Positions 1-12,066 are shown, numbered from the stretch's first letter. The stretch: DNA of 38,165 nucleotides from Nemertoderma westbladi (GCA_032718475.1 JAUCBJ010003868.1:1-38165); one strand, 5' to 3'. The notes: generated by a model from the letters alone, not told the origin. A program made the numbers and translations.

Positions 1-627
1 TCTAACTCTATTTTTGTTTTGTGTGGTTAAATTTATATTAACCTGTATTTTTGTGTTGTTAGTTAGTGTTATATTTACTTTTTTCATATAATATAATCTA
101 TTTACATCCTATAGATACGTACTGTACTGACTTTACTATAATTATTTTAGATTTACATTGCATTCGACCTCACTTATGAGTTATGTATAAATACATTTAA
201 TTAATAATAAAATTCTAATATAATATTTAGCACATTAATAATTCAACCAGTTAAATTTATAGTTAGTTTACGAGTTCAGCCGGAAGTATCATCTGTAACA
301 CCAGAAGTCACGCATCCCTACATTTGAGTTCGTCGTCCATGGTTATGGCGCAATCCTCTACGTCATTAGAACTACCCGGCCAGATTGTAGCCCCGTAACC
401 CATGAGTTATGTATTAATATTATATATTCATTACATTAGTTACCGGTAAACATACCAACAATGTAACATCGAATAAATAAAAATTGCCCAATATATACAG
501 ATTTATCTGCAACACTAAATACAGTATATAATATAAGTAAAGGGTAGAGGGTCTACTAACTACTTCTTATTATGAAAAATTATACTTCTATATAAAAACT
601 GCAGTTAAACGTAATTGTTCTACATAA

Positions 628-1294
628 GGGGCCGTCCAACAAGTATAACGTCTGCACTTTTCCCCAAAATGTTGACCCCGTCTCTCCCCTGAATCAGATG
701 TCATCAGATAGGCGTTGAACCCCCCCCCCCCCCCCCACCCCCTCTCCTAAATCAGATTAAAAAAATTTTCAGCAGTATAAAGTATTATATTGCATTGGAG
801 GGGGCGGGCATGGGGGCTGGCTGTAGTTACATAGCTTATCTATATAGATAGCTATCGTTTACATACTTGTACCTGATGCGACAGCAGTTTATGAATGATA
901 ATAAACAAACATAAGCTAATAATAGGCCTATATGAACCCGAACCGGTAGAGGTACCGGTTCTGCAGTCTCTAACAATCATTAATTAGCTTAGGATTAATG
1001 TTTCATTTTCAGGCGAACCCCAGTCCCGCAGTACCCCAGTAGCACGCGTCCTAATCACTGAAACATGGTGACTGGTAGGTAACTGAAACAGAAGGTCGTG
1101 CTACGGGCCTTCGAATAATTAAAATAGGCAAGCTATTTACTCTTCTGCTATATCTCTTCTAGCACCTATAAATGAACATGCTGACGTCAGATTTTGGCTG
1201 ACCCCCTCCCCTCCCCTCATCAGCACGTCATCAGATTTTCCCAACCCCCCCCCCCCCCCCCCCTAAAGTGCTGACGTCATACTTGGACGGCCCC
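628..1294. mobile_element. PIF/Harbinger-type MITE
   Basis: ~30-bp TIRs (GGGGCCGTCCAA..GTAT[A/G]ACGTC[T/A]GCACTTT) starting at 628 and ending at 1294; TAA on both flanks (625-627, 1295-1297); subterminal poly-C tracts; no ORF. Confidence 0.85.
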
Positions 1295-1374
1295 TAACCA
1301 ACCAGTCAAAAAGTAATTTATAGTTATTACGTAGGCCAATATTACATCAACTCGCCGCCAAAATATAAGGTGAT

Positions 1375-1846
1375 TCAATCGTCTACGATAACTTTTTGAC
1401 GGAAATCGAATATTCGAGCGACAGCGGTGACATAGTAGGCTATGTAGAGAGACAGAAGGGTAATACAGACGAGTAGGAAGATGGATCGGTTGAATCCGAG
1501 GTCACGGTAGATCTGTACGAGTACGTCGGGACCTCGAGAGCCCTCGAACCACCGCCGTTTCAATCGCGACGACTCCACGGACGTCTCCCCGATGCGCTCC
1601 AGATAGGCGACGACTTCGGGTGCGACACCACGTCGCTGGGCGGCCTCGGTTGCCGAGATACCGAGGTGGTTGCCTAGCGCCGGATCCAGTCCGCATGAGA
1701 CTAGGTACTGGGCGGCCTCGAGGTGGCCGCAGTAGTGGAGGGCCGTGTTACCGGCAGAGTCGGCCGCGTACAGATCGCAACCGTGGTCGGCGAGGAGTTT
1801 AATTAGGGGGACGGAACCGCGGGTAGCTGCCAGGTGAATGGCGGTC
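1375..1846 (-). CDS. ANKRD46: Ankyrin repeat domain-containing protein 46, coding exon 2 (terminal)
   Basis: After the acceptor gctttttcAG (1848-1847) the frame is open to TGA at 1375: (R)TAIHLAATRGSVPLIKLLADHGCDLYAADSAGNTALHYCGHLEAAQYLVSCGLDPALGNHLGISATEAAQRRGV...DLGFNRSIFLLVCITLLSLYIAYYVTAV. This matches recalled ANKRD46 motifs (GRTGLHLAAARG, GNTALHLCGH, DLGFWRVLLL..LLSLGIAYYVSGV, C-terminal TM). In frame with track ORF 1375..1578. Confidence 0.92.
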
Positions 1847-3145
1847 CTGAAAAAGCGGGTAGTTAATTAAATTAGGGAATTAGGGGTTTGACTACGGATA
1901 CGCCTAGGGATACGCCACCGACAACCACCGACACCTTTCGCATACCACCAACAACAAAAGATACAAACCGACAGGTAAAATCGCAAACCGACAGTACTGC
2001 CCAGTATGCCGACAACTTTGGCAATGTTAGTAAACTATTTCAGTACATGATTAAACAATTTTAATTTTCAGTCCAAATATTTATAACAAAGCTGCAAAGT
2101 CTACTGTCGGCCTGTTGTTGATGGTGTAATTCTGTAATTAGTCATCATAATTTCTTTAAAATATAATACCACCATCCGGTAATATCACATTTGAACGATT
2201 TGAGGCACAGTGTTAGGACATGGTCGATTACCCTATGCCCGTGGCAAACCACGTTTATAAACCATACACTCATATATCAACCATACACTCATGATTTTCA
2301 ATCATGCTGCTCGAAGCGGAAAATCACCTAATTAAAAAATTTTTTTCTATGAAGTTACACATAGGACAGAGTGTGTGTCTGTGTGAAATTTGAGACAAAT
2401 CAGTCCAAAAATGGCCACTGGGGAAAGGTGTTTGTCACTGTGCCTCAAATGTGATAGAACCCCACCACCCATCCCCCTTATCGCAATTTGTAAAGTGTTC
2501 TTATACTGTATGTTCTCTCGTCGTATTCAAACTCCCGTAAGTGCCTTGAGCCTGGGCAGATTCCCTCCCTCGACCTTTTGTGTATTCTTTGTTCTGTATG
2601 TATGTTATATGTATTTTTACATATTTTGATATCGAGTTTTAGGCCTATAAAAAAAAATTGTAAAAAAGTACCGGTGTTTTTAAAATGCTGCCAAACAGGG
2701 TAAGTTTGGCCTAACTTTTACATTCAATGCAAGGCCTGTCAAACGAACTCAAAATAAATAATGTTTTTATGGTATTAAATCCGTCCGAGGGGTATTTTAC
2801 ATAGAGCAACCTTGCAACCGACCTCAGAGGTTGTGAGGTTGCGTTTTATTTAATTTCTCGAATAGGCCAATGTTACCCCGAGAAAGGCTAACATTGGCCT
2901 ATCACTATATTGTGTCGTTGTAGTAAGCAAATATTCCGTCTTTAGCTAAAGAAACCCCTCCATAATGCTAACATTGGCCTAGTTGAATGTTTAAAAAAAA
3001 GAAAACGGAGCCTAAAAATTTAGGCTATATAAGACACCGATGCAAACAGCATATCCAAATATAATTAGCACAAAGATCATTACATACACAAGTACAATAA
3101 TAGGCATACAAGTACAAATATACAGACAACAGACAAGAAGTATTT

Positions 3146-4792
3146 GTGACCCAACACATAGAAAGGGATCAATTGACAAAAAAATGGTTTTTAACTTTTT
3201 GTTGGTTTTATATAGATAATTTAACGGAGAATTTCCCATTGAAAACCATTTGTTAATATCTCTTTTCGTTTTTGAGTTATTGTAGATTTAGTAAGACAAG
3301 GTTCTGAGATAATTTCATAGCAACATTCTGAGAAAATTCGATTTAAAATTTTCAAACCATCCCACCATTTTCAGAAACCGCAGTGATTTTTCAAACATCA
3401 TTTGAAAATTTCTGCATGGAATGGATATTCAATAACATCAACATAATTATAGCATTGGGAGTTTCCATGGACAGTTATTTAATATATTTTGTCAGGTTTA
3501 AGGTTTGACAGATTCTTTACATGTATGTTTGTCTGTCTGTATGCATACCGTTATCTTATTTTGTCTATGAAATAAAAAAGAAATTGCAATACCTAGTCAA
3601 AATACTGTGTTTGCTACCGGTGGATTTCTTGGTCGGTAATTTTTTTATGGTGCCAGTTTTAATGTTTGACAGAATCTACATGGTCAGTATGTTGTCTGTT
3701 TGTCTGTCTGTCTGTATGTATGAATGTCTGGCTGACTTACAGACATAAATATAAACAGACAGTTAAGATGATGTTAAATGTAAAAACTGATATCGGAAAT
3801 GACTTCGCCGACCTAGAAAACCCCCATAGCCATATTTTGGTTAGGGTTAAATACTATTCTTAATTTTTTGACGGACTTACATACAGAGAAACATACTGAC
3901 TGACTTACAGACATACATAGAGACAGACAGTCAAGATATCGTAAACCTGAAAAACTTATATCGAAAATGGATTCACATACCTGGAAAAACCCCAGAGCCA
4001 TATTTTTGTAAAGTTACATTATTTTTTCAATTTTTTTAACTGACATACATACAGACAAACAGTCTGACAGACAGATAGACAGGCATACATAGAAACATAC
4101 AGTTAAGATTATGTTAAACGTAAAAACTGATATCGGAAGTGAGTTCGCCGACCTAAAAAACCCCCATAACTATATTTTAGTAAGGTTAAATTATTTTCTT
4201 AATTTTTTGACGGACATACATACAGACAAACAGACTGACTGACTTACAGACGTACATAGAGACAGTGAGACAGACAGTCAAGATATCGTAAACATGAAAA
4301 ACTGGCATCGAAAATGGATTCACCGACCTGGAAAACCCCCCAGAGCCATATTTTTGTAAAGTTAAATTATTTTTTCAATTTTTTCACTCACATACATACA
4401 GACAAACAGACGGACAGACAGATATACAGACATACATAGAAAAAGACAATTAAGATGCTCTGAAACGTAAAAACTGATATCGGAAATAAGTTCGCCGACC
4501 TAGAAAACTCCCATAGCCATATTTTGGTGAGGTTATATGATTTTCTTTATTTTTTGACTGACAAACAAACAGACAGACATACAGACACTCAGACAGACAT
4601 TTTTACATTTTCTGTAAGTACTGTTACCTTAGAAGTTATTTTGGATTCTACGTTAAATTTCGATCTTAAATGAATAAAAAAATGTAATTTAATTTTTTTT
4701 TTGTTTTCTATGATTTTTTCATATATTTGAAATTTCTGGAAAATGAGATCATTTGAAATTGACCCCTTTCTATGTGTTGGCTGTTGGGTCAC
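3146..4792. mobile_element. Sola1-like non-autonomous TIR element
   Basis: TIR GTGACCCAACACATAGAAAGGG[A/G]TCAATT at 3146 and in reverse ending 4792 (the right copy has a 7-bp duplication); 4-bp TSD ATTT (3142-3145, 4793-4796) fits the Sola1 AWWT rule. Confidence 0.75.
3735..4600 (+). repeat. Internal array of ~172-bp monomers arranged A-B-A-B-A (about 345-bp period)
   Basis: A: AAAACTGATATCGGAA..TTCGCCGACCTA.AAAAC at ~3783, 4123, 4470. B: ATCGAAAATGGATTCAC..ACCTGGAAAA at ~3960, 4307. Separated by ACAG/ACAT microsatellite. Confidence 0.85.
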
Positions 4793-5193
4793 ATTTATGA
4801 AGATTGAAATAATACATTGAAACGACACTAGATACCAGTAATATAATACAAAATACACTGAAAGTATACAGCATTATACAGACAGACATATATAATTAGC
4901 ACAAGATTTATTGCAAATTTAGATTGAAAAAATATATTGAAAAGGCACTAAATACCAGTAATATAATACAAAAGACACTGAAAGTATACGTATACTATAC
5001 ACACACATATAATTATACAGACATAATTAGCACAAGATTTATTGCAAAATTAGATTTAAAAAAATACATTGAAAATAAAACGTGACACTGACCTATTAGT
5101 CCAGGCTGGCTGGATCATACAAAAGTAGAACAGTATATAAATGAAGTATATTGCAATGTCTTGGCGTCTTCAACAGTTCAGTGTGCAACTCAC

Positions 5194-6520
5194 TTAGACA
5201 AATTGGAGAGAAGCGATGTCCTGCATTAAGGGACTATCGTCATGCAGTTCATTGTCAGTTGTTCTGTTCTCATTACTGGTATGTGCATGAGCACAAACAT
5301 CCCTAGCTTCCTTTCCCTTGCCAACAGATCTCTCCACGCAGATAGCATGGTACCACTTGTCACAATCATTAGTGTCACAAGCTCCCCAGTCGATTAAATA
5401 TCCCTTGGGATGATTAGGAGGATTTAAATCATTGCACAAACTACAACGAGTCACTTCATCATTAATAATCGCGACTTCATTGCTACTAATCGTTACTCCA
5501 TCGTTACTAATCTCATTACCGGTAGCTGCATCTGTTATCACCATCGAAGCTCTCACTAGAAATAGAGACAGAGGTCGTTGAATCGTATGCGTCGTCAGAG
5601 GACTCGTCTTCACTTGAACTTGAATGGCCATCACTGATTGATCTCCCAGCCTCGACTGTTATCTTTGCCCTCTTAACTTTGTTCGTCTTCGTGTAGCTTA
5701 ATGAAGCCTGTGCATCTGGCATTGATCCTCCTCTGGGATCTTTAAGAGTATCAATAACAACCGAATCAACAGCTGGAGCAACTGACGTCGAATCGGCGGT
5801 TGTCCTATGAAGTCTCTCAAGGACTCTTTGACGATTCAGTGGAGAAATACCACCTTTGTCGAATCCAGCAACAAGATTATCCGGCCCTTTACCAAACCCA
5901 ATCTTATCAACTAATTCTTTTAGTAGACTTGGAAATGATGACTTGGGAATCGTAGGGAACTTGTGGCCCTGTCCAGACTTCTTCCATTTAAACAGCAATT
6001 CCCTCCAAGCTTCTTTCATTGGATGAAAGTATGCAATGTCGAGTGGTTTGAGTTATTGCAGTTGAGTTAGTTGGTAAGCAGATAAACTTGATATATGGTC
6101 AAGACTTCACCGTTAATGTGGGCTGACAAATTATCGCACATCAATACCTTTGGACCTTCTTGTTTGTGAAGTCTTGAAAGAAGCATGGATTTAAAAAAAT
6201 CCACGAAGACAACTTCATCAAACCACCCTGATTTTCTCGCCATTGTTCGTACAGATGCGTGGATATATAACCCTGTCTAAAGGGAATCCCCATTCATAGA
6301 GGAGATTGATTCTATCAGCAAAAACGGCCTATTCTTCACCTGAGAACACCACAGGATGGCCCACTGGTTTAGAGTGTTCTCCATTCAACTTGTACTTGAC
6401 CAAAGTACTCCTTGGTATCCAATACTCAGCAGCAGCCTCGTACTGACTACACTGGCCCGACCTGATCTTCACCAATGCCTCTTCCAACCGAGCTGAGCCA
6501 TAATTTGCGTAGCTTCTTAC
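5194..6520 (-). pseudogene. pogo-type transposase pseudogene (HTH_psq + partial DDE_1 + C-terminal PHD finger)
   Basis: Manual translation: YGSARLEEALVKIRSGQCSQYEAAAEYWIPRSTL (psq-type HTH), GHPVVFSGEE*..WGFPL, KSGWFDEVVF, GPKVLMCDNLSAH, FICLPTNSTAITQ/PLDIAYFHPMKEAW, AGFDKGGISPLN, acidic linker, CSLC..W.ACD..CDKWYHAIC (PHD). Contains a stop, frameshifts and an apparent internal deletion. Confidence 0.88.
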
Positions 6521-7659
6521 CGCCCTCCCCCGCTTTACCCCCCCCCCCCCCCCCCCTTCCTCATCACCACCAATATCCCTAGCCCGACGACAAGAAAATA
6601 AATAACATCTAACTTCATGGAGAATCTCGTGACAAAACAGAATGAAATCGCAGTTTACAGCTTAATACATAATACAGTACTAAGACAAATAAAGTTGAAA
6701 ATATTATTACGCTACCTATTGGAGTGGTACTCGAGGGATAGGTAATAGGCTGATATGGAATGTACATTGTATGATTTACTGACTGATTTATAGCCAAGGT
6801 GCCTATGCCTAGTGAGTGAGTGATGTGTACCGTAGATGGTATGATATGCTGTGAGTTGTACCTGTACAGTGTACAGGTGGTAGCAGGCCAATGATAGACA
6901 CAGTAAAATGATAGGACAAAGTTACCCAATATTAAGCAATTTTAGGCAGTCTAACTTTGACCTACGAAGATCCTAGTGAAAATAAAATCGATTGCTCAAG
7001 AAAACTACTCAACGTATTCATGATAATATGCCCATGAACCCCGAACACAATTTGTTTAATCAGTTAATCCTAGTCAGACTGCACAGACGAAGTTTGGAAG
7101 GGTTCTTGAAGTAGCAAAATAACACCACAATTTAAATGGCCCGTTTGTAGATTTTATATGTCTGTTGTAGTAATAAATATACGAAAAACAAGACAAGGAT
7201 AAGTTTTTCTTCAAATCAGTGCAAAAAAGTTATGTTTTCATACTTCTTGGTTAGAAAAAAGCACTACAGCCCTTTCCCAAAAAAGGCCAAAGTTACCTTG
7301 ACAGGCCAAAGGCAAAGTTACCCAGTTCTACGGAAGTTGCTGAGAAACGCGAAATTACCAAGTTATCAGTCAGTCAGTATACTGTCGAAGGTTTGCGATT
7401 TTACCAGCCCGTTTGTATCAGTTTGTGACTTTTGTTGTCTGTGGTTGTCGGTGGTATACGAATGCGTAAGGCTGTAAGGCGTCGGTGGTTGCCGGAGGCG
7501 TATTTAGTCAAACCCGGGAATTAGTACTGGTCTACCGGTAGGTATATCTGTTATACTCTGATACCTGGATACTGCTATACTATATCACCGCTACCAGGCT
7601 ATCTGATCGGAATAAATTAATTATAAGACGAAATATTCTGATATTAGGCCTCATTATAG

Positions 7660-7759
7660 AGGTTAATACACAGATCAGCAGATACATGCTATACGCCTTA
7701 AGAAACAGGTTAATACACAGATCAGCAGATACATGCCATACGCCTTAAGAAACAGGTTA
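7660..7759 (+). repeat. 47-bp tandem duplication
   Basis: AGGTTAATACACAGATCAGCAGATACATGC[T/C]ATACGCCTTAAGAAAC at 7660 and 7707. Confidence 0.9.
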
Positions 7760-7877
7760 TAACAGTATAAGTCATTAAGTACCGGTACTGAAGTAGGCAT
7801 ACCGGTAGTTACAACACAAGCAGACAAGAGCTTAAGACAGTAAGAACACCTCCAGAACTTGGAACTTACATACTTAC

Positions 7878-8008
7878 CTTCCTCGTTGGTCAGTTTCATA
7901 ACGGTTGACCCGCCCACTTTCCAATATTTCTTCAATGATAGATAAATCTACAGGTGACTTCGCAACACTTTCCAACAACAAACTACCCCGCATATCGTCT
8001 CCGTCCAT
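7878..8008 (-). CDS. ANKRD46: ANKRD46 coding exon 1
   Basis: ATG at 8008: MDGDDMRGSLLLESVAKSPVDLSIIEEILESGRVNRYETDQRGR, ending AG|GTAAGT at 7878/7877. The phase-2 join to exon 2 restores the ankyrin motif D-Q-R-G-R-T-A-I-H (cf. LLESGFDPNIRDSRGRTGLH). 131+472 nt = 200 aa plus stop. The start codon is less certain than the splice. Confidence 0.85.
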
Positions 8009-8311
8009 ATCTACAACTTACACAGTTCAGCAGTTACAATACATCAATACTGCAGTACTCTACTCTGCTACTCAGGTACTATGTCTGTATGTACCGGTAC
8101 CAAGGCTGACCTGCTGACAGCTCTACTACAGGACTGGCAACAGGGCAAGCCTATTTCCCCGTTAATGCTAGCGGGGTCATTGCATTATACTTAATACAGT
8201 AATAAACACTAAACAGTCAATATATGACAATTACAACGCGGTTCATCATTTATATAGATCAAGTGCTTCACAGCCAGACAGCGCGAACCGGATTTCCTTT
8301 ATAATTGCTAT

Positions 8312-10766
8312 AGGGGCTGTTGCGCTGTCAGTCAGAGAAGTAACAGCCCTGGGTAAGGATTTACCCATGGGGCGCTAACTATCAGATAGTCTGATACCAA
8401 CTGTCAGACAGTCTTTTTCAACTTTCAGATAGATGATCGCCCAGTTACAAGTTGCCCTCAGTTGTATTTTTTAAACCCCGAGTGTTGTTGACGGAGTCTG
8501 TTACTTCCGAAATCGTTGATCTTGGTGCCGGTGCCGGAATTCTGGCTTTGATTGAAAACACTGAACTGCTGAACGATGGCGGAATCTACGAAACCCGGCG
8601 GATTCCTAATCCGAGGAGGCGACGGAGTCAATTAAACGTAAACAATGAAACGATCGCGATGGGCAATGGATACGATGGCAAACTGGCAAACGGAGTCTAT
8701 TACAGTATTAAACACGCAACCAAAGCGATCAGACGATGGCGAAGTAATCTACAAAACAGAGAACGACAGGAAGGCGATGGAGTTTATTAAACCCAGTAAG
8801 ATGGTGCATAGCGAAGCGATCGAGACGGATAACTGAGTCTATTACAGTATTAAACCTGAAACGAAGACGGTGGAATCTATAGGCCTAAACTTGGAACAAT
8901 GCGAACAAGGCTACTGTAAATTTAGACTAGACTGGTTTGTGTTGCCAATACTAACTCAATACACAATTTGCTTTCTTCGAATTCCTAATAATATTTTAAT
9001 CTTAATAATAATTATTCAACATCAATCAGTCAATTATTTTATAAGTCTTGTCAATATATAAGATTGCTAAAGACTAAAGAGCTAACTTTAGGATAATCTG
9101 CCTTATATTTTTAGAATTATTATAATTAATTTTGTTATGTTTATAATGAATTGTATCTTTTGACAGACTACTTGATGCGCGACCGTGATAATAAAATTAA
9201 ATGGTACCGAAATACTTTCACTTAACTGCAGGTGGGGGGGGGGGGGCAGGGGGGGGGGGGCGCAATCAATATTCTTCCCTCTCCAGGTGAAAATCGACGC
9301 AAATAACAGTTTATTTACTACTAAAAATAAAACTGCATCCTGTTCTATAGGAAAAAACATTATAGGGGAAATTTTAGCAAGTTGTGTTTATTTTAGCCGA
9401 TAGACAAGATTACATGTTTACCAAGTTTGGTATAATTTAGTCAAAGATTGAATGAGTTACGATTTTAAATTATCAGTGGAGGGTGAAGGCGCCGGGCCAG
9501 GATTCAGTTATACTTGAATAAAGAATAGTGATTAAACCAAGCAGCCAAGGGATACGCGATATATGACACTGCTGTATAAGTTCATTGAATGATTGTTGAT
9601 TTCAAAACATTTAATTCAAAACTATATAAATGTTAATATAATTTTGGATTTTTTTTTGTAATAATTAACAGATGAATTATATTTCATTCATTTATTTTTT
9701 TATCTTCACATTATTAAATATGCCTAACAAAGCACAGAAATAATACTAAGATTGAATTGAAGGTACAGTACCGAATTGAATATTTGAGATTGCATCCCGT
9801 TGGTGACTCCATTGGCAACCATTTCGATTGGTTTCGGCTTTTCAGTCCCCGAATAGACCGATGATCGGCGTGGTTGCTGTCCCCATGACTAAGGCTGCAT
9901 TACCAACCAAAATTGCCATCTCCAGGCGCTGGAGCAGAAACTGCGGTGTGACCGCGGTTCGTGGGTGGCACTGTGGAGATGAGCCCCGATCTCCCGGAGG
10001 AAGGTGGATGTCTCTGGACCGGGGCGACCAAAGGTCTCAAAGGCGACGGGGTGGAAAGAGTTTTCAATGCGCTCCGCCCCCTCAGCTGAGTGCCCCCCGG
10101 CACCCGGCAATGATGGTCTGTCTGTCTGTTGAAGGTGGCTGGGGGCTAGTGGATCTAGTAATAATTATCGCAAAGATATGATTAGGTAGGCCTACGTGAT
10201 ATTGTTTCTCAAACCAAACCTATCCATCCATTGACGTCCAAATATATCAAATTTCTCAATCCATACTAATCAGTATGTAATAATGTACGCTGTAATGCAA
10301 TAATGTCAATGATGTCCAACCAATGATGTCCATGTGTTATCGGACCAGCCTCCGATAAATGTTAGGCTAACGGCACCTCGCTCTGTCGCATCAGTTTTTG
10401 TAGTGGTGTAGTTCTGTAGTTCCAGGCTACGGTACCAGAATCCGTTAGTGGATGATATAGAATCCAGAATCAGCACATCCTGACATCTGTGCAACTCCTG
10501 AACTCAGGCGAGCATTTTACAGATGGTGGTCAGGTGGTCTAATTTATATGGTCTTGCACCGCGAAACCGTGTAATATTTACAGATGTAGGGGTAGGCTAA
10601 ATTTCGGGTCTTGTACTGTGTACCGTGCACAGAATAGCAGTAGCTGTGTGTGCCTACACACACAGCTACTGCTATTTTGCCTAATACTGGTCCCAGTGGT
10701 AAATCCTTACCCCACGGGCTGTTACCAGGTTACCTCTCTGACTGACAGCGCAACAGCCCTCTCTCT
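8312..10766. mobile_element. Non-autonomous TIR element (possibly ISL2EU/PIF-related, AT TSD)
   Basis: ~60-bp TIRs GGGCTGTTGCGCTGTCAGTCAGAGA.GTAACAGCCC.TGGGTAAGGATTTACC at 8314-8370 and 10692-10760; AG termini flanked by AT. Superfamily tentative. Confidence 0.7.
9850..10075 (-). mobile_element. 3' fragment of a CRE-like (RLE-type) non-LTR retrotransposon
   Basis: FHPVAFETFGRPGPETSTFLREIGAHLHSATHEPRS, then after a frameshift QFLLQRLEMAILVGNAALVMGT. This is the typical C-terminus of CRE-clade ORFs (F.P...ET.G..G...FL.QR....Q.GNA....GT). Confidence 0.75.
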
Positions 10767-10873
10767 ATAATTTATTGCAGTCACAACCGAACACACAACA
10801 CTTCTTCGTCATTTACAGTATGGTACCGGTCCGGTAGGGTAAACCGGGGTTGTATGGCCATGTGGGTTGTATT

Positions 10874-11250
10874 GCCTCCCTTGACATAATTTATGTCAAG
10901 GGAGGCTGTATAACTTTTAAGTATAATTATTTATATATTATACTCTAAAATTATTAATTTTCATTAAAAGACAGGCTTGAAAATGCTGTTTTTACCCTAA
11001 CCAACTTAATTAATTTTAATTAATTAACTGCTATTATCTTAGCTTCTCGAAGGCCACACTGAAATTCAACTTGGAAATTTCTAAACTTTGGCCAGACTAC
11101 ATGTGCACCAAGTTTGGATATATTTCATCGATTTATTAACGGTTAAAATTGAACACGACAGAAGAACAGACATACCGTTTGAATTAGTGGTACCTGTCTG
11201 TATGCTAAGCTCACTTTCTTTCGTCGCTCGCCCCACACTAGAAACAAGGG
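10874..11250 (-). repeat. Dispersed repeat, uninterrupted copy (possibly Helentron-associated/HINE-like)
   Basis: The reverse complement aligns with 29376-29419 + 30390-30439 + 30773-31018. Perfect 16-bp hairpin GCCTCCCTTGACATAA-T-TTATGTCAAGGGAGGC at 10874-10906. Class assignment is inference. Confidence 0.7.
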
Positions 11251-11644
11251 ATTCCTGCTTAGATGCGTTTAGGTGATTCGTTGTCTTGTCTCTTGTGGTC
11301 GTAACTACGGATGAAATGTACTTTTCCGAAAACTTCCTTGAAAACATATTTTAAATCGAAAGTGAAAAAAAATATAATTTCATAAGGTACAAAAATATTT
11401 ACTGTTTTTAACACTAACTTTTTGTTTTTCATATATATTGGGGAAAAATAAGTGGCAAAATTCAAAATTCCCTGTTCGGTTTCAGTTCGATTCCGGTTCG
11501 GCTCATCTAGTTCGGTCGATCACTATAATTGTGTGTTCGTGGTGGGGGGGCCTGGGGCCTCGCCCCTTGTTCCAATAGGATGCGAACTTTGTGCCAATGA
11601 ACCCTTCCACTAGGTTTTTAATGACTAACATAAGAAATAAGAAT

Positions 11645-12066
11645 CCTATTTCCTAAGTTGTGCCATAGCTACCTGAAACTCCATATTTCCTAAGTTGTGC
11701 CATAGCTACCTGAAACTCCCTATTCCCTAAGTTGTGCCATAGCTACCTGAAACTCCATATTTCCTAAGTTGTGCCATAGCTACCTGAAACTCCCTATTTC
11801 CTAAATTGTGCCATAGCTACCTGAAACTCCCTATTTCCTAAGTTGTGCCATAGCTACCTGAAACTCCCTATTTCCTAAGTTGTGCCATAGCTACCTGAAA
11901 CTCCCCATTTCCTAAATTGTGCCATAGCTACCTGAAACTCCCTATTTCCTAAGTTGTGCCATAGCTACCTGAAACTCCCTATTTCGTAAGTTGTGCCATA
12001 GCTACCTGAAACTCCATATTTCCTAAGTTGTGCCACAGCTACCTGAAACTCCCTATTTCCTAAGTT
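11645..12066 (+). repeat. 37-bp minisatellite, about 11 copies
   Basis: Unit ATTTCCTAAGTTGTGCCATAGCTACCTGAAACTCC[C/A]T, head-to-tail, near-identical, no spacers. Confidence 0.97.

Larger units (their letters stand above)
2690..7333 (-). mobile_element. pogo/Tigger-like (Tc1/mariner superfamily) element, decayed
   Basis: The right end reads CCGTAGAACTGGGTAACTTTG on the minus strand, with GGCCAAAGTTACC subterminal repeats (6910-7325). Related GGGTAAGTTTGGCC / GCTAACATTGGCC motifs lie at 2697-2980. Encloses the transposase relic. Left boundary approximate. Confidence 0.6.
1884..7515. mobile_element. Mutator-like (MULE) non-autonomous element in the ANKRD46 intron, carrying nested insertions
   Basis: Degenerate ~150-bp TIRs (GGGTTTGACTA..ATACGCC..CAACCACCGAC..GGTAAAATCGCAAACC) at 1884-2030 and 7350-7515; exact 9-bp TSD GGGAATTAG at 1875-1883 and 7516-7524. 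Confidence 0.85.

Noticed and set aside
1502-1802. Arg-rich ORFs 1502..1696 and 1620..1802
   Set aside because: Off-frame or antisense to ANKRD46 exon 2.
3735-4600. ACAG-rich array as an independent Helitron/DINE-like element
   Set aside because: Lies wholly within Sola1-like TIRs and TSD, so treated as that element's interior.
7675-7935. 86-aa ORF with a CxxC
   Set aside because: Wrong frame of ANKRD46 exon 1 running into the intron.
11645-12066. CRISPR-like 37-bp repeat
   Set aside because: Head-to-tail with no spacers, no cas genes, eukaryotic context.
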